DNA of 64,000 bases from Phoronis australis (Eukaryota > Animalia > Phoronida), in assembly GCA_002633005.1 (NCBI GenBank), contig NMRA01000736.1, positions 36,790-100,789 of the forward strand, in the 5' to 3' direction. Of the stretch, positions 48,211-59,883 are shown piece after piece. The notes beneath the pieces are model-generated. The model made no database searches. It worked only from the letters and a program-made list of their open reading frames with translations, and was not told the origin of the DNA. The translations under genes and the position numbers were made by a program. Position 1 is the stretch's first letter. Each line of letters starts with the position of its first letter.

Positions 48211-51200
48211 AATGAAGGTCGTGTTTGAAGACGACAGTACAGAAGTAAATGCCAAAACCCTCGACTGCCCAGAGAAGGGCAACCCTCACCCTTAACCTTT
48301 GCTGCATGAAGGGGAGGCATGGCGATATGATATTTCTTCTACCTCATCAACGCCCACACCCGTAAAGCTACAATTGATACTCAATGTCTGCAATGAGCCT
48401 TACGTGCGTTTCAAAACGGGTTTTTTGGTATTTGAATCGATGTACTCTGTAGGGAAGTGGAATCCGTGTACTAAAACTTTTTATTGAAAGACTCACTCAC
48501 ATCAAAGTATTACTGTTGCATAAATGTTTCGACTTTTTATAAATTTCATCAAGTCCTCTCCGCCTTCTGCAAGTTTCGAGAAGCAAACACTTCCTTCCCG
48601 ACTTAAACTTTCATCCTTCATGCCCACAACTGTGATGATTCTGAAGAGTAGTGAAAATGTTGAATCTGCCATGAAGATGGCCATATAGTAGGTACTGTAG
48701 TATGCCCCTGCCATAAATACATGTATGACTTAGAAGCATACTAAGCATTTGAGCGCCAACTGGTTAGACTGACTTTAATCAATGGGTGAGGATATATATA
48801 TGCGCTTCTTCAACAAATTAGGTGGGATTTTAGCGTATCCGAGGCTTTAAAGGTCAAATATTAGAGACGGTATACATGTATCATTGAGCAGCGAGATAAG
48901 CAGTCTCGCGGCGGTCAGAAATTTTATTCACTGAGGTCGCTGCACATCCAGTCATATATCTCCAGGGATTTTATTGTTCGTAAATATTAGTGTAATTAGA
49001 AATAATATACATTAAAACAAAAAAATACATCTACAGCTAAATAAGTTCGGGCATTCGGCAAACTCAAATGAAGAACAGAAAATCTTTTATGGGCCTACTC
49101 CCAGGCGCGAAAACTTCAGACGACGTTCAAGCGACCGCAGCCAATGAACGTTTCTCTGTGGAAATGGAAGTTGTCACACAGATCTGCTACAGGAAGCGTT
49201 CCGACAGAATGTCGACGACCTGGCAATTGATTTGGAGGTTAAAAGAAAGGATTCCGTCATTAGACCTATCATGGGTAGAACCATACAACTGTAGCACTTG
49301 AACGCCAATTACGATCTATCGCTTTTGTGACGTTGCGGCGCTGATGGCTACTTGGCATTTGTTTGCTTTCGTTTCTTCCGATGTTTGTTCTTGCTAATTG
49401 GCAATTTATTATTTTAAAAATTATTCTAAAATGCAGTTTTTCAGCCGAATGACAGGAGAGTCATACTAGAAATCACTTCATTAGTTCATGATAATGTGCG
49501 ATTATAACAAAAGCAAAAAATAAATAATTCATAATTTATCGTCATTTCTCATACCTGACACGGATTTAAAATGGAAATCAACCGGACAGGTTAATTACTT
49601 AATACACCAACATAATGATGCAAATGATTTCTTTATTTGACGAGTTCTAGCATTGGTAGAAATTACTTCTTCTAATTCGTTAATTCCGTAGTCTTTATCT
49701 GAACATGCGCAATGGTAACTCATTTCAAACATTCACATGAAATATAGGCACGCTCAAAATTTACTTAAATTTTCTTTTTTATGCTCTTGAAACCTTGCTC
49801 TTCCAGGATATCGATTAAATCATATTTATACTTATTCATATTTCGATTGGTTTAATTTGCAAAAATGAAGCCAAATCCAATCCTAATTTAGTTGAAAACC
49901 AAGGACCGCATATTTTTGGAACAAGCAAAAACTGAGAGCTAATAATTTGCTTGGGTCCACATTCTTGTTATATGAATATTACATAAAAATACGTGCAATT
50001 CCGAACTCATCCATGCAGAGTATGTGCAGGTTGGAGCTATTTTGAAGGAAAGGTATAAGTAAAGTAACGTCAAATCTCACCAATCGACGTCTCAAGATCG
50101 CTAAATACGTTTAACGTAAAAAATAAGAACAAATATAAATGAAACGTAAGGAATACACTCTCTACTGTTTATTCACAAGGAAGTCTTCACAAATTCTTTT
50201 CATGTGATTTATTGCATCGACAGCGAATTTTCAATCAACCGCAAATTTTCTTTAAGCAAGAAACGTTTATACATGGCGAGAAAGCAAGCTCGTCGAAATA
50301 GTTGGCCACTCCAGCACTGGGCGTCCTGCAACATCTCAATTGAAATATGTCAAATCTGCATCTCCATAGTTGCCAAAAGCGAAAAATGAATTAGAATAAG
50401 CCATTTCAGTGGTCTCATTGTATATCTTTCGGCCATGTGCATTGAGTTTGGTCACCAATAAGAACATCAAAGCCACCATAGACTCGAGAATATCTTTTAC
50501 AGTTTACTGAGGTTGGCTGATAGGCGTATTAGACTGGGAGCAGGGGGCAAAATTAAGGAAAGTGGCATAAATAAGAACGCGTTCGGGCTGGGAAACATTA
50601 AATGTAAAATGTGGAAAAACATGAAAAGGAAGAGAGGGGTAAAATCTATGACGACCGGAAGGAGGTTAAATTATTTCCGACAGGAGTAATTCCAATATTG
50701 GCGGGAACTAGAGTTGACAGCGACCAGGGGATTGAAACTCTCCTACATGTACGTCTACAGTCAAATATGAGTCAATATTTAAAATTCGTTCTCAAAACAC
50801 TTAAAATACGTAGAGCCCAAAGCAAAACTGCAACTTCGGTAAACACTGTATTTTTGTCAATTTTGCGACAAATTTCTGAATACTTCCAACCTAAAAATTA
50901 TAAGAACCGGCGCAAGGAGCATTTTTAAGAAGCGTCTGAACGTGCATCAGCTACATTGTACAACGTCTGGGTGTCCTGCACAGGTATTACTCAACGAATT
51001 CAAGAAAAATCGTCAGAAATGTAAGCAAACTTTAACTTAGAAATAGATTTAGCTCAAACTGACGAAAATACCGAAAATAGTAGATGTGCACCCCAAGATT
51101 GTAGCTGCTGTAAAATACAAGTTGACTGCCGTGTCATGCAGGCTGCAAAAAATTCATTCATAAAATTTTTCGTGCACGTACATGTATACGTGTCCCACAA

Positions 51201-53427
51201 TCTGAAACCACTGGTATAAACACGTACGTTGTATAGCCTATACATATACCTGTAAGTTCCGCGTCATTTTAACAGATAAGATATTTGATTATTTGATTGA
51301 TTGAGGAAATCCTTACAGAGCGCGCTAGTGTAGTTACTTTAAATTAACCTGATCATGTCAAATAAATGGAAGAAAACAAGAGGTTTACCTGAACGATTAT
51401 TTATATTCCCTCAAGCTTAGCTTCAACTGACTCAATCAGTGGACAAATGTCATCGGGTTCAGTTTTTTACTCACTGCAAAATACATGTACATCCAGAAAA
51501 CATCTTGTTGTCATTTGAAAGAGCTTAGACTTGATTTTTGTAACAATTTAAAGCCAAAAGTATATATTACTCTTGTATTATTTTACTTGTCCCAAATTAC
51601 CAAAACTCATTCGAGAAAAGGTCTCTTAAAAGTTTCTCAGAATTTATACACCTGTAAACCACCGATCTTGTCTCTAAGTCAATAAACAATGCATTTACAT
51701 TGATTTGAATACATGAGTACATTTTATGATACCCTGAATGAATATCTGAATTTCATCAATATCATTGAGAAGAATTCTAGATTGGAAAAAATCGTTTAGG
51801 GTACTCTCTGACTTTGGGAGACGGATGATTGAGATTTTCTTAATTTCAGCTTGCATTTAAACTCATTGAGTTACAGCATCATCCATTCTTACAAAACTCT
51901 TACAAGATGGGCTCTTAAATGTCAAAAATAATCTACGAGTCAGTCGAAATTCGTAGAGTAAATTCATATGTAAATCAGCTACTAACACATCCGTTGTTAA
52001 TCAAAACAGTATATTAAAGCAGTTTTCGAAGGTGTGTTCGCAGATTTTTGACGGACAACCGGGAAAACATGGGGGACACGATATCCCACGGCGTTTGGGG
52101 ATAACCTCTGGAGTTTTAGGAACTTATTCGTATTTTGATTCTTCCCGGAACTGGCTGTTACGGTAAATGAGTTAAACTCGAGCTCAAATATCGTTGCAAT
52201 ATTTGTTTGTAATTGTCAGTACAATTACTGTACAGTACATTAAGTACCTTAATCCGTTATACATGTACACTGTACAGAGTCATAAAAATCGGACCTCCGT
52301 CAATCTGATTGACATATACAAAAGTAAAGTTTAATCCAGTCATCGAACGACCTATTTTTTAAAACACCGGAATACAGTGGTAATCAATTACATCATTGTG
52401 AGCCGCTGCTTTTTTCAGTAACACAAAACGGGTGATCGCGTGGATGCAAAACGACGGATCCCTCAAAATGGAAAGGTACATTACTTTAATCAACAGAAGA
52501 TCATCAGCAATTGGTACTATTTTTCAGGTTCTCGATTTTTAATTAGTGACTTTTAATTTTGTCTCAAGAAAAAACAAAGAACGAGAGTGACATATCGGGC
52601 GACTAGAGAAACATATATGTAGTTTTGCATCGAATTTAATTTTAAAAAATAGCAGATTAACATGGTCTGAAAAAGTTGCGCTTTAAAAACTTTCTCGACC
52701 TTTCGAAATACAAGCACGAAAGACTAAGTGCAAATTTCCAAGTGTATTTACGCTATTTGTGCTGCAATCAATTTAACCCTCTGACAACGATGTCCTGGCT
52801 AGGCCTCCTAAAGGGTGAATCACGCAATAGTACTTGACAAATGTTCGCTTGAACTTTCTCTCCTCATCTTTCGCTGTCTTTCTCTTCGCCACTACCACCA
52901 GTTACCACGGACTAACCCTGACGCCTGAAAACTGACGAGAGGACTAACAGAAAAAATAATAACAATGCCACGAAAGAAAATCAAAACTAGTTCTAAAATA
53001 AACAAGGCACTGTAATCAATCATCACGATTTCTAAGAAATACTCAACGAAATTACAAAAATGCTGTTTACGTATCCGTCTTGGCTCAGCGGTGCGAATAC
53101 AACCATGTACATGTATATTCTCACGTCTTAGCTGGCTCAAGTCGAAAACCGAATTACATATAAACCTTTTATTCCTGGCTCGCGATAATTCTTTCCGAGA
53201 TAGGATTTCATTTCCATTGCCAAAAGAGCACCAAAACAATGTGCGACTTAAAAACCGCTTTAGAGTTTGCTAGGGTTGACTAACCTTAAAAATTCGCAAA
53301 TGGTGTACGTGTGCCATGTTGCCTTTGACTTGAATTGCCAGCTCATTCGGCCAGTCAAGATTACATGAGCGTGGTAAAGGCTTTAAAGCCCAAAGCGCTT
53401 CAGTTATGAGTTCAAACTAGCAGTTTA

Positions 53428-54232
53428 CAGTGGCGGATCTAGGATATCGCAAGGGGGGGGGCAACATTTTGTCCGGCTGTAAACATTTGCGCAAACTGAA
53501 CCACGATTGTAGATGCGCATAGCACCAAATGGGGGGAGGTCGGGAGGGGGGTTTGCCCCCCTCCCGCCCAGGAAATTTTTCTGTTTTGACCTCTAAAAAT
53601 CAATTATTTTCCTTGATTTCTAAAGTATTAACCAAGAAAAAAGGCAAAAAAAAAACACGGAGAACGCGTCAAACAGGAAAAACTTCAAGTACCAAACTTG
53701 GGGACTCGAACTCACGACCTTGCGCATGGAGCGCGCGTGCGTTACCACTAAACCACCACGATTTAGCTTCTAATCACTTACTAAGAGACGTACTTGTTTA
53801 AGGTCCACAGCGTTTGCGCGCGAAACCTACTTCTTTTTGTAATGCTTATTACACGTTTTGTGCCATCGATTCTTAACAAATTTGTCGTATTCAAAATAGT
53901 CTTAAAATGCCCAAAAGACCAAATCCGTTATTCGTGTTGGCAATAATGACCGGGGATTGCTTTGGAAATCGTCTTAACATAAGGTTTGACAAAGAGAGTA
54001 TTGCGAGTTTCTGAGTGATTCACTAAGGCTTCTATTAAAATTCCCCTCTTACCAGCAGCTTCTGTTTTTTCATCGTCACTCATGTTCCATTTTCTCTAAT
54101 TTTCTTCATTGCACAGTGGAGCAGACGACGGAAACTGAGTCGTAGTGCGCAGCGCTACTGCCGGTCGCTTGATATATCGCGGGGAAGCCTATACTTAGCC
54201 AATAGTTCCGTTACAAATGCGCCGTGTTCCCC
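53428..54232 (+). mobile_element. Longer copy of the CAGTGGCGGATCTAGG MITE with about 590 bp of extra internal sequence
   Basis: 53428-53580 and 54171-54230 match the reverse complement of about 37105-37307. The match ends at a single N at 54233. Confidence 0.75.
53699..53760 (-). pseudogene. tRNA-derived sequence (SINE-head-like, TCC anticodon loop)
   Basis: cgtggtggtttagtggtaacgcacgcgcgctccatgcgcaaggtcgtgagttcgagtcccca has an A-box (TGGTTTAGTGG), a gcgc-gctccat-gcgc stem-loop and a B-box (GAGTTCGAGTC). The T stem is broken. Confidence 0.6.
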
Positions 54233-56090
54233 NTAACAATGACGAAATCCCCTTTAAAAAGGCCTTCTGGCGATCTTATATTAATTTTGAGAGTGGGCAG
54301 AGTGTACCAGAAACCATGCATACCAACTGCACTTGGCGAGAGCGTAGTCCATAGATACTAGCAGATAGCCAATCATGCACAAATAAGGGAAAACACTCGC
54401 TATACATTTCATCAGATGACTCTCAAAAGTTTTACTTTGCAATCAGGGAAATCCCCTTACGTGAGTGGTAGACCATTCCTATAACTAGAACGATGTTCAG
54501 GAAGTGAAATCATGTCCGCTTAACAACCAGCGTATCTATAAACCGATAACTATGTATAACGAGGCAAAAGGACTTTTTGGGGAAAGTTATCATCTTACTT
54601 GCTACGTACCAGTTTGTACACTGTATAACTCAAACAGAATTCAAATTGGCAACTTAGGTCTCCACATTGTGATTTTGCTGCACGTTGAGCAAACAAGTAA
54701 AGTAGTTTTCAATTTATGTGAATGGTTTCAATAGACTTTGTCAAACTTTGATAAACGTCTTGCCAGAATTATTTGGCAGTTGTGTCGGACATCTGTCTCA
54801 TTAAGTGTTTTTGTAGAACCTTTGTCAGAGTTTAATGGGACTTAAATGCCCCTAGCCGCTAATCTGTCTATGGGTCAGTGGCGTACATGTACATGTACAA
54901 TAATTCTTGACACTTGAGGTGGTACATACAGTACATTGTACATGTATACCTACGACTTTTGACACCGGGGGTGGAAAATCACTATCTCCAGGTCCTTAAG
55001 AAGGTTACTACTATCAGGAGAGAAATATGCCAAACTGTTCGTCTGCAACGCGAATTAAAGCCAACAGTTTCGCCTCCGGTTGATGGCAGTGTCTTCCCCC
55101 AACCGGTCAACGTCGCAAATTCTGTAATTTTAGCTCGGCTGTCGTGGCCATATTTCGCAGAAAATCCAAAGCAGACTAGGATCCTTCTTGTTAAGCCTGG
55201 TGTCCAAAGGGTGGGAATGACTATCTAAAAAAAGCCGTCGGGCTATCATCATGAAGATCCGCCCTTTGAAAATGTGATACCTTTGCCCAGAATCCTAAAT
55301 CCGGCAATGGTACATGTACCCTGTAGACCTATCATCTCTAACCCTCATCAAAGTTCTGCCACAAATTAATTTCGCTTTCTCGGTCCCCGGTCATTACATT
55401 ATGTAGTACTTTCAGTGGCGAAAGGGCGGTCCACCCCCTCTAGTCTAGCACCCTGACACAATCAAACGTTGTTAACAATGGGAGGGGGGTGTAAAAACAA
55501 CTGCAAGGGGTAACCCAAGATATCGACGACCGGTCGGGGTACAAAATCAATAGCAATAGGTAGGCCTTAGAGTGTGGAGGCACAATATTGGTGATAACGT
55601 CGCCGGGGGACAGGAAGGCTTTTGAGAATTTTATGTCGATCGGGATAGGTTCATCAACGTTCTCTCCCGTTCCGGCCTGCAAAATCTTGCCAACGTGATT
55701 GATGTTCATGTTTACGAAGGGTTCTTAAACGATCACTATTCTGAGCATTGAAATGCTTATTACGCGAACAATTGCTTAATCGACGCCAGGAATTAGTTGT
55801 TTAACTCGTACAATTTGACCCATCTGCGCTCATTCAGTTGCCGAATTGGTTATTCAACGAGCAGAGTTAGATAATTTATTGCGCAGAATTTTTCAGTGGT
55901 GGAAAAAATATGAATTCCGTAGACTGTTGTTCGTGATTTCAGCAAGCTTGTTAACGAAGCTCATGTTGCCTTTATGGGGAACACGTGGGTTTCAAATCAT
56001 AATACACATAAAAATTAAATTAATTTTGAATTTTGTTTAGGGGTGTCATTCATTAAACTTCAGAGACAACACTTACACTAACAAGTCAGA

Positions 56091-56308
56091 GGCCTGTTCC
56101 AATAAACTGACTTAAATCTAACATTTGTCTCAATTTCCAAACTTTGATACTTCCGCGTCCGGAAAGTTAGTAAAACGTAACACAAAACTTAAGTAAAAAA
56201 CTCAAGGTCACTTTCTTGGAACGAACCGAAGACAAAATGAAGTTTGATCTTAAAATTGACTTAAATTTAAGAGTTGCCTTAGACAAGTCAGTTTTCTTGG
56301 AACGGGCC
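56091..56308. mobile_element. PIF/Harbinger-like MITE
   Basis: TIR ggcctgttccaataaactgactt / aagtcagttttcttggaacgggcc, with caga on both flanks. Confidence 0.7.
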
Positions 56309-57170
56309 CAGAGCTGCTCCCACTTTGAAATGACAATCCAAATGGTTGACGTGACAATCCTATTGGATGGTGTGTCCCTTCTCCTAGCCCTGAGACATTT
56401 AAGGTAACCTACCTTATAACCCTAGTACACGGATTGGAACCATTTACAATTACTTGGGGCGCCTTCCTTAGCAGCTGTCTTTGACTGGACATTCAGTGCA
56501 TCAGTTGAAATAATGTACACTGTTTGACTAAAGCACGCGTTCGCATAATGAAGTAATGTAACTAAACCATAAAACTCACCTGAATAATTTAACTTGATTC
56601 TTCTACTGTAAAGCTACTTTATAATGAAGACCTACGTGTCTAGACCAAGCGAAACAGTTGTGTTAACGGCAGCTATTCCTGGTCTCCAGCTTCTTCTGGG
56701 TGCAGTTTCGTAGACGCAAGATTCTCGCTAAGGAAGCCAGTGTGATCACGTGCTTCGCTTGTAATACATGGCGATATCTGACGAAGTACTGCGTGTTCTT
56801 ACGTTTTTGGCGAGATTCTTATTTCTACGGAACGCACGCCTGTTAGTTATTGATACAATCATGTACCTTTTTATCTCTGCAAGGTACAGTACGTAACACA
56901 CCCAGAATGGTGGACTTGCAGAATCTGTAATGACACTTTGTTTGACCGCAGTTTATGAGGCGCGAAAAGACACGTGAAGAAAATGTCATGCACCGCATGC
57001 ATGCTCAGCCCGCAGTTAATAAATGCATAGGCTGTGTACATGATCATTTATGAGTGTGTATTATACAGGATTCGAAGTGTATTATACGTGCAGTTCGTGT
57101 AATTAATAGTCATTAAGAGATAATACATCATTTCTTACGTAACATTTCATCGTATAGTTATGAACACCTT

Positions 57171-57310
57171 CATTATTGTCAACAACATCATCGTGGTAAT
57201 TTTCGTCGTCATAATCGGCGTAGTCACCATCTATCGTAATCATCATCATCTTTATCTTCGTCACCATCATTATCAATCATCTTCACCATCATAATCATTA
57301 TCGTCATCGT
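57171..57310. repeat. Degenerate (CAT/CGT)n trinucleotide repeat
   Basis: Runs of catcatcat, cgtcgtcat and caccatcat. Confidence 0.8.
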
Positions 57311-57446
57311 TTCGTAACATATTTGAAATCGTGCACACAGAGAGCTAAGAGAATGCTGGGACACTACGTGTATAAGGTTGGTTATATAACATTGATGACG
57401 AAAATATCTTAGTTATCAGCTGCCCGTTAAACGCGAAGGCGTTTAA

Positions 57447-58312
57447 AGGCGAAAGCAACATTTTTCATGTCATTTTTAGCAAAAATTAGGTTCGCTGATT
57501 ATCCCAGACATATTTTTCACTTAATTACAGCTTTTTGGTAATTTAAGCAATTACTCGCCCTCTACTCCGGAAGTGACGTTTTGGGAGGCAAGAATTTCGC
57601 GCCAATTTTTTTTTAAATAGTCTGACTGTGACAGCAGCCGACTTAGTTATTGTTCTATCTCTGTTGTGATAAGTTCGGCCGTCGTTTGCTTTTGTTTACG
57701 AGTCAGTCAACATGCCACACTGTTGCTGCGTACCGGGATGTACTCATTATCGTCTCACCGACAGAGGAACAACTGTCCCACTTGCCCGAGTGTCCCGCGA
57801 CACACTCCCACTGGATAGTGACCAAAGTACACAAACTGGTTACATCCTGCCGTGTGTCTCCCTTTCCACACATGTGGAACCTTCTAAATAGTCCCAATAT
57901 TTTAGACAAGTCCACAATAAACTTATCAAATTTTGGCTCACCGATCTTTTCATTGAACGACGAACTGACCTGTTCAATGGATGACGAACTGCGCCTTTAT
58001 TCACTCCCACTACTCAACATCGCAACAGGGCTGCTTACAGGCTCTGAGAGATAATGAGTACATCTCGGTATGCAGCAACAGTGTGTCATGTTGACTAACT
58101 CGTAAACAACAGCAAACTACGACCGAAATAACGACAAGCGATGTAGAACAATGACTCGACAGCTCTCATAGTCAGACTATATGAAAAGAAATTGGCGCGA
58201 AAATTTTGGCTTCCGGAGTAGAGAATGAATAATTAATTAGGTAACGAAAACCTGTGATTAAGTGAAAAATGTGTCTGGGATAATCAACGAACCTTATTTT
58301 TTTCTAAAAATT
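57447..58312 (-). mobile_element. Fold-back Kolobok-like derivative: about 270-310 bp inverted arms around a transposase fragment
   Basis: The left arm 57447-57757 (after TTAA) is inverted at 58045-58312 and repeated directly at 63446-63755. The spacer on the - strand reads KFIVDLSKILGLFRRFHMCGK...LCTLVTIQWECVAGHSGKWDS. The outer part of the right arm is missing. Confidence 0.8.
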
Positions 58313-59883
58313 GCTTGTTATAGAACAAGTTAACACAAAACTTAAAACTGTTCAATAGCATTCTTAAGAAAGCTCTAAAATAGTTACACACATCAACAAA
58401 ACAAAGGGAATACTTCCCTTTGATCGCTGGACATTTCTTTAGGTCAACAGAAAAATGACAATTCGCAAGCGGTAATAATTTCAGCAACACAACTGTACTG
58501 TATGGGGCTTTAAAACTGAAGAAATGTTGTGGTTTGGATAAATAGAGACAAATTTGCCTGTTGATAAAAAATTAAATCGAACATCAAAGTGTAACATTAA
58601 CGGGTTTTCTTCCGATAATAAGACAATCGATGCAATTACTGATTATTGAACAGTTTTTTTACCATTACTATAAGATACCCTTTTACTGAAAGGAAAAGTT
58701 AAATGTCACTCAGTGGGAAAGGACAGGTATTTATACCAGATGGTTTTGGCTTTGGTTTTCATTTCACTGGGATCTAGTTTCGATGGCCTACAGAAGAGCT
58801 AAGCCTTGTAAAAAGGCCGGTTTCGGCACGTCGTTTTTCTTCATGTAACCTCATTCAGCCTCAATAACAACCACAATCATATCCTCGAAGGTAAACATAA
58901 CAGAATATCTCTTGACTCGCTTTGTGTCCAAAATCTGACCGTGAACTAGAACAGAGAATTATTAGGTCTTCTTTAGTTTCAGTCCCTCATGTTTTTCCAG
59001 GAAAGGAAATAAGCGAATGCTATCCACACAAGACTCAATGCCAAAGAAAAGGCATCCTTACCAACGAGGCTGGCTGGTGTAGCAGTCAGATATAGTTCCT
59101 TTTTATACTCAAACAATTCACTAACACATTTTCTTATGGTAACTTAGTACTGCGATTCACATTTCTCCAGTTTCTCCAGGGCCACTGGCGTGTACATTGT
59201 GCCATTCAGCACTGCTGGTGTGTGGAAATGCTGTGGGAAGAGAAAGGAATAACAACGCTAGCCTTGTCTATGTTGCGGCTTGAAGTGGCCTTAAAAATGT
59301 CACTGAACCTGGAACAAATATTGAAACATGAATAATAACTAAGTGCTTCAGGTTGGATCAAAAAATATTGGCCCTGTTTTTCAATGATACGGTAACTGCT
59401 CAACAATTTCACAAAAAAAAATATTAAGAACTATTTTCAGAAAGCAAGGGTGTATATAATGAATATTGTATAAAACTTCGTTTTTATTTTTCATTCCTAC
59501 TCATAGCAATCCTTTAAACGCATTACTCGTCTGCAAAATGTGTAAGTTATTTGAGACAACTCCAAATCTTTGTTACCCATTTTCAAGCCTTTTGATTTTC
59601 ATACTTTCAGCAATTTTAAACACCGATTACAGATTCATGGTCCTGTCAAGCAAACTTCTGGTCTAAGGCTGAGGGAACCGTTTCTCAAATGTTTTATTTT
59701 TCTTCTAGTAGAAGACATGAAGACCTGGGTCGTTTAAAAAATAGTGGATAATCTTCCTGTTGTTTAAGAGTAATTAAAAATCATAAGGCACCATTGCTTG
59801 CGTGTTGGCAGTAAGAATAATATGTTCAAGTGCTAACTCACAAGTACGTTCACAGCAAAAATGCAATTTTAACAAAAATGGTA

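Noticed and set aside
53699-53760. Functional tRNA-Gly(TCC) gene
   Set aside because: The T stem does not pair and no acceptor stem is evident, and it is embedded in a repeat. Kept only as tRNA-derived.
58760-59330. Coding-looking - strand stretch
   Set aside because: The frames I read contain stops and no motif I can identify, so there is not enough support for a call.
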